NCBI GenBank assembly: GCA_964016885.1
Contig: OZ024741.1
Location: forward strand, 6,262,001 to 6,326,000
DNA length: 64,000 nt
Reading direction: 5' to 3'
DNA from: Eledone cirrhosa
Lineage: Eukaryota
This document shows positions 1 to 10,785 of this stretch, piece after piece. The notes below the pieces were generated by a model, which saw only the letters and a program-made list of their open reading frames with translations, did not search any database and was not told the origin of the DNA. How positions within the stretch are numbered: the first letter of the stretch is position 1; each line of letters starts with the position of its first letter. Both the position numbers and the translations under genes were made by a program.

Positions 1-220
1 TACTGATATCATTTCTTAGTAGTTGCAAGCCCATATTTCTTGCATAAAGACTAATGGAGGTGTTAGCACACTTTATCATGACACCTTTTATATTTCCTTT
101 GTATGAGAATGCCACAGGCACTCACGATGTGTGTCACACTTGCCCCCTTCTTCCCATACAACCTATTAATATATATATTTTTTAAAAACATTATTGACAA
201 GAAAATCCCATTTCTTTAGC

Positions 221-460
221 CCTACGTATACCCCACTACCCAGAGCTTAACAAATGCTGCCAGTTACCCCTACATATACCCCACTACCCAGAGCTTAACA
301 AATGCTGCCAGTTACCCCTACATATACCCCACTACCCAGAGCTTAACAAATGCTGCCAGTTACCCCTACATATACCCCACTACCCAGAGCTTAACAAATG
401 CTGCCAGTTACCCCTACATATACCCCACTACCCAGAGCTTAACAAATGCTGCCAGTTACC
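221..460. repeat. 48-bp minisatellite A x5 (CCTACATATACCCCACTACCCAGAGCTTAACAAATGCTGCCAGTTACC)
   Basis: GAGCTT recurs at 243, 291 and onward (period 48). Five copies; the first has one A>G change (CCTACGTATA). Confidence 0.98.
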
Positions 461-546
461 CTGAAAGAAACCAACAATTAATAGACACTTGAAACATACA
501 TTTGATAGTCTTTATAAGAAAGAATAACGATAGGATAAGAATGATT

Positions 547-801
547 GGCGCTGGTTATGTTGATGTTCACAATGGTGATGATGTTTACAATGATGGCGCT
601 GGTTATGTTGATGTTCACAATGGTGATGATGTTTACAATGATGGCGCTGGTTATGTTGATGTTCACAATGGTGATGATGTTTACAATGATGGCGCTGGTT
701 ATGTTGATGTTCACAATGGTGATGATGTTTACAATGATGGCGCTGGTTATGTTGATGTTCACAATGGTGATGATGTTTACAATGAACGCGCTGGTTATGT
801 T
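547..801. repeat. 48-bp minisatellite B x5.3 (GGCGCTGGTTATGTTGATGTTCACAATGGTGATGATGTTTACAATGAT)
   Basis: GGCGCTGG at 547, 595, 643, 691 and 739, with a partial copy at 787. The unit has an internal 18-bp sub-repeat. Confidence 0.98.
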
Positions 802-3800
802 GGTATTATGTACCTGACAGGTATAAAGGTATTCTGTACCTGACAGGTATAAAGGTATTCTGTACCTGACAGGTATAAAGGTATTATGTACCTGACAGGT
901 ATAAAGGTATTCTGTACTTGACAGGTATAAAGGTATTATGTACCTGACAGGTATAAAGGTATTCTGTACTTGACAGGTATAAAGGTATTCTGTACCTGAC
1001 AGGTATAAAGGTATGCTGTACCTGACAGGTATAAAGGTATTCTGTTCCTGAAAGGTATAAAAATATTCTGTACCTGGCAGATGTAAAGGTATTCTGTACC
1101 TGACAGGTATAAAGGTATTCTGTACCTGACAGATGTAAGGGTATTCTGTACCTGACAGGTATAAAGGTATGCTGTACCTGACAGATGTTAAGGTATTCTG
1201 TACCTGACAGATGTAAAGTTATTCTGTACCGGACAGATATAAAGGTATTCTGTACCTGACAGGTATAAACGTATTCTGTACCTGACAGGTATAAAGGTAT
1301 TCTGTACCTGACAGGTATAAAGATATTCTGTACCAGACAGGTATAAAGGTATTCTGTACCGGACAGATATAAAGGTATTCTGTACCTGACAGGTATAAAG
1401 GTATTCTGTTCCTGACAGGTATAAAGGTATTCTGTACCTGACAGATGTAAAGGTATTCTGTACCTGACAGGTATAAAGGTATGTTGTACCTGACAGGTAT
1501 AAAGGTATTCTGTTCCTGAAAGGTATAAAAATATTCTGTACCTGGCAGATGTAAAGGTATTCTGTACCTGACAGGTATAAAGGTATTCTGTTACTGACAG
1601 GTATAAAGGTATTCTGTATCTGACAGATGTAAAGGTATTCTGTACCTGACAGGTATAAAGGTATTCTGTACCTGACAGGTATAAAGGTATTCTGTTCCTG
1701 ACAGGTATAAAGGTATTCTGTACCTGACAGGTATAAAGGCATTCTGTACCTGACAGTTATAAAGGTATTCTGTTCCTCACAGATGTAAAGGTATTCTGTA
1801 CCTGACAGGTATAAGGGTATTCTGTACCTGACAGATGTAAAGATATTCTGTACCTGACAGATGTAAAGGTATTCTGTACCTGACAGATGTAAAGGTATTC
1901 TGTACCTGACAGGTATAAAGGTATTCTGTACCTGACAGGTATAAAGGTATTCTGTACCTGACAGGTATAAAGGTTTTCTGTACCTGACAAGTATAAAGAT
2001 ATTCTGTACCCGACAGGTATAAAGGTATTCTGTACCTGAGAGATATAAAGGTATTCTGTACCTGACAGGTATAAAGGTATTCTGTACCTGACAGGTATAA
2101 AGGTATGCTGTACCTGACAGATGTAAAGGTATTCTGTACCTGACAGATGTAAAGGTATTCTGTACCTGACAGATGTAAAGGTATTCTGTACCTGACAGGT
2201 ATAAAGGTATTCTGTACCCGACAGGTATAAATGTATTCTGTCCCTGACAGATAAAAAGGTATTCTGTACCTGACAGATGTAAAGGTATTCTTTACCTGAC
2301 AGGTATAAAGGTATTTTGTACCTGACAGATGTAAAGGCATTCTGTTCCTGACAGATGTAAAGTTATTCTGTACCTGAGAGATGTAAAGGTATTCTGTTCC
2401 TGACAGATATAAAGGTATTCTATTCCTGACAGATGTAAAGGTATTCTGTACCTGACAGATGTAAAGGTATTCTGTACCTGACAGGTATAAAGGTATTCTG
2501 TACCTCACAGGTATAAAGGTATTCTGTAGGTGACAGATGTAAAGGTATTCTGTACCTGACAGGTATAAAGGTATTCTGTTCCTTACAGGTATAAAGGTAT
2601 TCTGTACCTGACAGATGTAAAGGTATTCTGTACCTGACAGGTATAAAGGTATTCTGTACCTGACAGGTATAAAGGTATTCTGTACCTGACAGATATAAAA
2701 GTATTCTGTACCTGACAGGTATAAAGGTATTCTGTACATGACAGGTATAAAGGTATTCTGTTCCTGACAGATGTAAAGGTATTCTGTACCTGACAGATGT
2801 AAAGGTATTCTGTTCCTGACAGGTATAAAGGTATTCTGTACCTGACAGGTATAAAGGTATTCTGTTCCTGACAGATGTAAAGGTATTCTGTACCTGACAG
2901 GTATAAAGGTATTCTGTACCTGACAGGTATAAAGGTATTCTGTTCCTGACAGATGTAAACGTATTCTGTACCTGACAGATGTAAAGGTATTCTCTACCTG
3001 ACAGATGTAAAGGTATTCTGTACCTGACAGGTATAAGGTTATTCTGTACATGACAGGTATAAAGTTATTCTGTACATGACAGGTATAAAGGTATTCTGTA
3101 CCTGACAGATGTAAAGGTATTCTGTACCTGACAGGTATGAAGGTATTCTGTACCTGACAGGTATAAAGGTATTCTGTACCTGACAGGTATAAAGGTATTC
3201 TGTACCTGACAGGTATAAAGGTATTCTGTTCCTGACAGATGTAAACGTATTCTGTACCTGACAGATGTAAAGGTATTCTCTACCTGACAGATGTAAAGGT
3301 ATTCTGTACCTGACAGGTATAAAGTTATTCTGTACATGACAGGTATAAAGGTATTCTGTACCTGACAGATGTAAAGGTATTCTGTACCTGACAGGTATGA
3401 AGGTATTCTGTACCTGACAGGTATAAAGGTATTCTGTACCTGACAGATATAAAAGTATTCTGTACCTGACAGGTATAAAGTTATTCTGTACATGACAGGT
3501 ATAAATGTATTCTGTTCCTGACAGATGTAAAGGTATTCTGTACCTGACAGATGTAAAGGTATTCTGTTCCTGACAGGTATAAAGGTATTCTGTACCTGAC
3601 AGGTATAAAGGTATTCTGTACCTGACAGGTATAAAGGTATTCTGTTCCTGACAGATGTAAAGGTATTCTCTACCTGACAGATGTAAAGGTATTCTGTACC
3701 TGACAGGTATAAAGGTATTCTGTACCTGACAGGTATAAAGGTATTCTGTACCTGACAGGTATAAAGGTATTCTGTTCAAGACAGGTATAAAGGTATTATG

Positions 3801-6800
3801 TTCCTGACAAGTATAAAGGTATTTTGTTTCTGACAGGTATAAAGATATTCTGTTCCTGACAGGTATAAAGGTATTCTGTACCTGACAGGTATAAAGGCAT
3901 TCTGTACCTGACAGGTATGAAGGTGTTCTGTTCCTGACAGTTGTATGGTATTCTGTTTCTGACAGATGTAAAGGTATTCTGTACCTGACAGGTATAAGGG
4001 TATTCTGTACCTGACAGATGTAAAGGCATTCTGTACCTGACAGATGTAAAGGTTTTCTGTACCTGACAGGTATAAAGGTATTCTGTACCTGACAGGTATA
4101 AAGGTATTCTGTAGGTGACAGATGTAAAGGTATTCTGTACTTGACAGGTATAAAGGTATTCTGTTCCTTACAGGTATAAAGGTATTCTGTACCTGACAGA
4201 TGTAAAGGTATTCTGTACCTGACAGGTATAAAGGTATTCTGTACCTGACAGGTATAAAGGTATTCTGTACCTGACAGATATAAAAGTATTCTGTACCTGA
4301 CAGGTATAAAGGTATTCTGTACATGACAGGTATAAAGGTATTCTGTTCCTGACAGATGTAAAGGTATTCTGTACCTGACAGATGTAAAGGTATTCTGTTC
4401 CTGACAGGTATAAAGGTATTCTGTACCTGACAGGTATAAAGGTATTCTGTTCCTGAGAGATGTAAAGGTATTCTGTACCTGACAGATGTAAAGGTATTCT
4501 GTACCTGACAGGTATAAAGGTATTCTGTTCCTGACAGATGTAAAGGTATTCTGTACCTGACAGGTATAAAGGCATTCTGTACCTGACAGGTATAAAGGTA
4601 TTCTGTTCCTGACAGATGTAAAGGTATTCTGTTCCTCACAGATGTAAAGGTATTCTGTACCTGACAGGTATAAGGGTATTCTGTACCTGACAGATGTAAA
4701 GGTATTCTGTACCTGACAGATGTAAAGGTATTCTGTAACTGACAGATGTAAAGATATTCTGTACCTGACAGATGTAAAGGTATTCTGTACCTGACAGATG
4801 GAAAGGTATTCTGTACCTGACAGGTATAAATGTATTCTGTACCTGACAGGTATAAAGGTATTCTGATCCTGACAGATGTAAAGGTATTCTGTACCTGACA
4901 GATGTAAAGGTATTCTGTTCCTGACAGGTATAAAGGTATTCTGTACCTGACAGGTATAAAATGTATTCTGTTCCTGACAGGTATAAAGGTATTCTATACC
5001 GGACAGACATAAAGGTATTCTGTACCTGACAGGTATAAAGTTATTCTGTACCTGACAGATGTAAAGGTATTCTGTACCTGATAGATGTAAAGGTATTATG
5101 TACCTGACAGGTATAAAGGTATTCTGTACTTGACAGGTATAAAGGTATTCTGTACCTGACAGGTATAAAGGTATTTTGTACCTGACAGGTATAAAGGTAT
5201 TCTGTACCTGACAGGTATAAAGGTATTCTGTACCTGACAGGTATAAAGGTATTCTGTTCCTGACAGGTATAAAGGTATTCTGTACCTGACAGATGTAAAG
5301 GTATTCTGTACCTGACAGGTATAAAGGTATGCTGTACCTGACAGATGTAAAGGTATTCTGTACCTGACAGATGTAAAGGTATTCTGTACCCGACAGGTAT
5401 AAAGGTATTCTGTACCTGACAGATGTAAAGGTATTCTGTACCTGACAGGTATAAAGGTATGCTGTACCTGACAGATGTAAAGGTATTCTGTACCTGACAG
5501 ATGTAAAGGTATTCTGTACCTGACAGATATAAAGGTATTCTGTACCTGACAGGTATAAAGGTATTCTGTACCTGACAGGTATAAAGGTATTCTGTTCCTG
5601 ACAGATGTAAAGGTATTCTGTACCTGACAGGTATAAACGTATTCTGTACCTGACAGGTATAAAGGTATTCTGTACCTGACAGATAAAAGGGTATTCTGTA
5701 CCTGACAGGTATAAAGGTATTCTGTACCTGACAGGTATAAAGGTATTCTGTACCTGACAGGTATAAAGGTATTCTGTACCTGACAGATATAAAGGTATTC
5801 TGTACCTGACAGGTATAAAGGTATTCTGTACCCGACAGGTATAAAGGTATTCTGTCCCTGACAGATAAAAAGGTATTCTGTACCTGACAGATGTAAAGGT
5901 ATTCTTTACCTGACAGGTATAAAGGTATTTTGTACCTGACAGATGTAAAGGTATTCTGTTCCTGACAGATGTAAAGTTATTCTGTACCTGAGAGATGTAA
6001 AGGTATTCTGTTCCTGACAGATATAAAGGTATTCTGTTCCTGACAGATGTAAAGGTATTCTGTACCTGACAGATGTAAAGGTATTCTGTACCTGACAGGT
6101 ATAAAGGTATTCTGTACCTGACAGGTATAAAGGTATTCTGTAGGTGACAGATGTAAAGGTATTCTGTACCTGACAGGTATAAAGGTATTCTGTTCCTTAC
6201 AGGTATAAAGGTATTCTGTACCTGACAGATGTAAAGGTATTCTGTACCTGACAGGTATGAAGGTATTCTGTACCTGACAGGTATAAAGGTATTCTGTACC
6301 TGACAGATATAAAAGTATTCTGTACCTGACAGGTATAAAGTTATTCTGTACATGACAGGTATAAATGTATTCTGTTCCTGACAGATGTAAAGGTATTCTG
6401 TACCTGACAGATGTAAAGGTATTCTGTTCCTGACAGGTATAAAGGTATTCTGTACCTGACAGGTATAAAGGTATTCTGTACCTGACAGGTATAAAGGTAT
6501 TCTGTTCCTGACAGATGTAAAGGTATTCTCTACCTGACAGATGTAAAGGTATTCTGTACCTGACAGGTATAAAGGTATTCTGTCCCTGACAGGTATAAAG
6601 GTATTCTGTACCTGACAGGTATAAAGGTATTCTGTTCCTGACAGATGTAAAGGTATTCTCTACCTGACAGATGTAAAGGTATTCTGTACCTGACAGGTAT
6701 AAAGTTATTCTGTACATGACAGGTATAAAGGTATTCTGTACCTGACAGATGTAAAGGTATTCTGTACCTGACAGGTATGAAGGTATTCTCTACCTGACAG

Positions 6801-9800
6801 GTATAAAGGTATTCTGTACCTGACAGATATAAAAGTATTCTGTACCTGACAGGTATAAAGTTATTCTGTACATGACAGGTATAAATGTATTCTGTTCCTG
6901 ACAGATGTAAAGGTATTCTGTACCTGACAGATGTAAAGGTATTCTGTTCCTGACAGGTATAAAGGTATTCTGTACCTGACAGGTATAAAGGTATTCTGTA
7001 CCTGACAGGTATAAAGGTATTCTGTTCCTGACAGATGTAAAGGTATTCTCTACCTGACAGATGTAAAGGTATTCTGTACCTGACAGGTATAAAGGTATTC
7101 TGTACCTGACAGGTATAAAGGTATTCTGTACCTGACAGGTATAAAGGTATTCTGTAGGTGACAGATGTAAAGGTATTCTGTACCTGACAGGTATAAGGGT
7201 ATTCTGTTCCTTACAGGTATAAAGGTATTCTGTACCTGACAGATGTAAAGGTATTCTGTACCTGACAGGTATGAAGGTATTCTGTACTTGACAGGTATAA
7301 AGGTATTCTGTACCTGACAGATATAAAAGTATTCTGTACCTGACAGGTATAAAGTTATTCTGTACATGACAGGTATAAATGTATTCTGTTCCTGACAGAT
7401 GTAAAGGTATTCTGTACCTGACAGATGTAAAGGTATTCTGTTCCTGACAGGTATAAAGGTATTCTGTACCTGACAGGTATAAAGGTATTCTGTACCTGAC
7501 AGGTATAAAGGTATTCTGTTCCTGACAGATGTAAAGGTATTCTCTACCTGACAGATGTAAAGGTATTCTGTACCTGACAGGTATAAAGGTATTCTGTACC
7601 TGACAGGTATAAAGGTATTCTGTACCTGACAGGTATAAAGGTATTCTGTTCCTGACAGATGTAAAGGTATTCTCTACCTGACAGATGTAAAGGTATTCTG
7701 TACCTGACAGGTATAAAGTTATTCTGTACATGACAGGTATAAAGGTATTCTGTACCTGACAGATGTAAAGGTATTCTGTACCTGACAGGTATGAAGGTAT
7801 TCTGTACCTGACAGGTATAAAGGTATTCTGTACCTGACAGATATAAAAGTATTCTGTACCTGACAGGTATAAAGTTATTCTGTACATGACAGGTATAAAT
7901 GTATTCTGTTCCTGACAGATGTAAAGGTATTCTGTACCTGACAGATGTAAAGGTATTCTGTTCCTGACAGGTATAAAGGTATTCTGTACCTGACAGGTAT
8001 AAAGGTATTCTGTACCTGACAGGTATAAAGGTATTCTGTTCCTGACAGATGTAAAGGTATTCTCTACCTGACAGATGTAAAGGTATTCTGTACCTGACAG
8101 GTATAAAGGTATTCTGTACCTGACAGGTATAAAGGTATTCTGTACCTGACAGGTATAAAGGTATTCTGTTCAAGACAGGTATAAAGGTATTATGTTCCTG
8201 ACAAGTATAAAGGTATTTTGTTTCTGACAGGTATAAAGATATTCTGTTCCTGACAGGTATAAAGGTATTCTGTACCTGACAGGTATAAAGGCATTCTGTA
8301 CCTGACAGGTATGAAGGTGTTCTGTTCCTGACAGTTGTATGGTATTCTGTTTCTGACAGATGTAAAGGTATTCTGTACCTGACAGGTATAAGGGTATTCT
8401 GTACCTGACAGATGTAAAGGCATTCTGTACCTGACAGATGTAAAGGTTTTCTGTACCTGACAGGTATAAAGGTATTCTGTACCTGACAGGTATAAAGGTA
8501 TTCTGTAGGTGACAGATGTAAAGGTATTCTGTACTTGACAGGTATAAAGGTATTCTGTTCCTTACAGGTATAAAGGTATTCTGTACCTGACAGATGTAAA
8601 GGTATTCTGTACCTGACAGGTATAAAGGTATTCTGTACCTGACAGGTATAAAGGTATTCTGTACCTGACAGATATAAAAGTATTCTGTACCTGACAGGTA
8701 TAAAGGTATTCTGTACATGACAGGTATAAAGGTATTCTGTTCCTGACAGATGTAAAGGTATTCTGTACCTGACAGATGTAAAGGTATTCTGTTCCTGACA
8801 GGTATAAAGGTATTCTGTACCTGACAGGTATAAAGGTATTCTGTTCCTGACAGATGTAAAGGTATTCTGTTCCTGACAGATGTAAAGATATTCTGTACCT
8901 GACAGGTATAAAGGTATTCTGTACCTGACAGGTATAAAGGTATTCTGTTCCTGACAGATGTAAAGGTATTCTCTACCTGACAGATGTAAAGGTATTCTGT
9001 ACCTGACAGGTATAAAGGTATTCTGTACCTGACAGGTATAAAGTTATTCTGTTCCTGAAAGGTATAAAAATATTCTGTACCTGGCAGATGTAAAGGTATT
9101 CTGTACCTGACAGGTATAAATGTATTCTGTACCTGACAGATGTAAAGGTATTCTGTACCTGACAGGTATAAAGGTATGCTGTACCTGACAGATGTAAAGG
9201 TATTCTGTACCTGACAGATGTAAAGGTATTCTGTACCTGACAGATATAAAGGTATTCTGTACCTGACAGGTATAAAGGTATTCTGTACCTGACAGGTATA
9301 AAGGTATTCTGTTCCTGACAGATGTAAAGGTATTCTGTACCTGACAGGTATAAACGTATTCTGTACCTGACAGGTATAAACGTATTCTGTACCTGACAGA
9401 TAAAAAGGTATTCTGTACCTGACAGGTATAAAGGTATTCTGTACCTGACAGGTATAAAGGTATTCTGTACCTGACAGGTATAAAGGTATTCTGTACCTGA
9501 GAGATATAAAGGTATTCTGTACCTGACAGGTATAAGGGTATTCTGTACCTGACAGATGTAAAGGTATTCTGTACCTGACAGATGTAAAGGTATTCTGTAC
9601 CTGACAGGTATAAAGGTATTCTGTACCCGACAGGTATAAAGGTATTCTGTCCCCGACAGATAAAAAGGTATTCTGTACCTGACAGATGTAAAGGTATTCT
9701 TTACCTGACAGGTATAAAGGTATTTTGTACCTGACAGATGTAAAGGTATTCTGTTCCTGACAGATGTAAAGTTATTCTGTACCTGAGAGATGTAAAGGTA

Positions 9801-9807
9801 TTCTGTT
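802..9807. repeat. 26-bp satellite array, segment 1 (~346 monomers)
   Basis: Continuous tandem copies of GGTATTCTG(TA/TT)CCTGACAG(GTAT/ATGT)AAA read directly from the sequence. Confidence 0.99.
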
Positions 9808-9894
9808 GAGTGCTTTTCCTACTATTACATCATGGTTAACCATACAGAATGACCAGTTCTATCCAGTGGGGAATCACCAAACTTCGATGTGTAA

Positions 9895-9926
9895 ATATAT
9901 GTATATAATATATACTCTCTCTCTCT
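9895..9926. repeat. Short imperfect (TA)n-(CT)6 microsatellite in the cassette (also ~15487 and ~24979)
   Basis: ATATATGTATATAATATATACTCTCTCTCTCT. Confidence 0.7.
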
Positions 9927-10109
9927 TGATCGTAAAGTCCCACAAGAGTGTCCAGTCTAATTTTTTCAGACCTTCTCTGGTTTGTACTGATATCATTTCT
10001 TAGTAGTTGCAAGCCCATATTTCTTGCATAAAGACTAATGGAGGTGTTAGCACACTTTATCATGACACCTTTTATATTTCCTTTGTATGAGAATGCCACA
10101 GGCACTCAC

Positions 10110-10146
10110 GATGTGTGTCACACTTGCCCCCTTCTTCCCATACAAC
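10110..10146 (-). other. Candidate 37-nt micro-exon (also 126-162, 15702-15738, 25194-25230)
   Basis: The minus strand reads ...ATATATTAATAG|GTTGTATGGGAAGAAGGGGGCAAGTGTGACACACATC|GTGAGT. This is a purine- and GC-richer island in AT-rich DNA, flanked by AG and a consensus GTGAGT donor. No transcript evidence is available. Confidence 0.3.
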
Positions 10147-10204
10147 CTATTAATATATATATTTTTTAAAAACATTATTGACAAGAAAATCCCATTTCTT
10201 TAGC

Positions 10205-10444
10205 CCTACGTATACCCCACTACCCAGAGCTTAACAAATGCTGCCAGTTACCCCTACATATACCCCACTACCCAGAGCTTAACAAATGCTGCCAGTTACC
10301 CCTACATATACCCCACTACCCAGAGCTTAACAAATGCTGCCAGTTACCCCTACATATACCCCACTACCCAGAGCTTAACAAATGCTGCCAGTTACCCCTA
10401 CATATACCCCACTACCCAGAGCTTAACAAATGCTGCCAGTTACC
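10205..10444. repeat. 48-bp minisatellite A x5
   Basis: Same as 221-460. Confidence 0.98.
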
Positions 10445-10530
10445 CTGAAAGAAACCAACAATTAATAGACACTTGAAACATACATTTGATAGTCTTTATA
10501 AGAAAGAATAACGATAGGATAAGAATGATT

Positions 10531-10785
10531 GGCGCTGGTTATGTTGATGTTCACAATGGTGATGATGTTTACAATGATGGCGCTGGTTATGTTGATGTTC
10601 ACAATGGTGATGATGTTTACAATGATGGCGCTGGTTATGTTGATGTTCACAATGGTGATGATGTTTACAATGATGGCGCTGGTTATGTTGATGTTCACAA
10701 TGGTGATGATGTTTACAATGATGGCGCTGGTTATGTTGATGTTCACAATGGTGATGATGTTTACAATGAACGCGCTGGTTATGTT
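10531..10785. repeat. 48-bp minisatellite B x5.3
   Basis: Same as 547-801. Confidence 0.98.

Larger units (their letters stand above)
1..801. repeat. 978-bp spacer cassette, copy 1 (first 177 bp lie outside the window)
   Basis: Matches 9985-10785 at offset 9984. Confidence 0.97.
9808..10785. repeat. 978-bp spacer cassette, copy 2
   Basis: Begins GAGTGCTTTTCC after ...GGTATTCTGTT and ends ...GCTGGTTATGTT before GGTATTATGTACC. Contains unique AT-rich DNA and two 48-bp minisatellites. Confidence 0.97.

Noticed and set aside
221-801. CRISPR array interpretation of the 48-bp or 26-bp repeats
   Set aside because: The units are directly tandem with no unique spacers, and there are no cas genes.
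478-843. Three overlapping ORFs over minisatellite B (94, 113 and 90 aa) and their copies in the other cassettes
   Set aside because: They are a by-product of a low-complexity 48-bp repeat that is open in several frames. One runs into the satellite, and none has a recognisable domain.
9806-10105. 65-aa (+) and 89-aa (-) ORFs in the unique part of the cassette
   Set aside because: They are short, use non-ATG starts, cross a TA/CT microsatellite and show no recognisable homology.
9967-10125. Small hairpins (CAGACC/GGTTTG, TGCAAG/CTTGCA, AGGTGTTA/TGACACCT, GTGTG-T-CACAC) as a structured ncRNA
   Set aside because: Stems of 5-8 bp are near chance expectation and no tRNA, snRNA or snoRNA boxes were recognised. 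An Infernal/Rfam scan would settle it.
9808-10785. Cassette as a MITE, Helitron/Helentron-derived element, SINE or solo LTR
   Set aside because: No terminal or subterminal inverted repeats, CTRR end with hairpin, A/B boxes, poly(A) tail or TG...CA ends were found. Identical flanks in all copies indicate segmental duplication. A Dfam/Repbase search is needed to exclude a decayed fragment.
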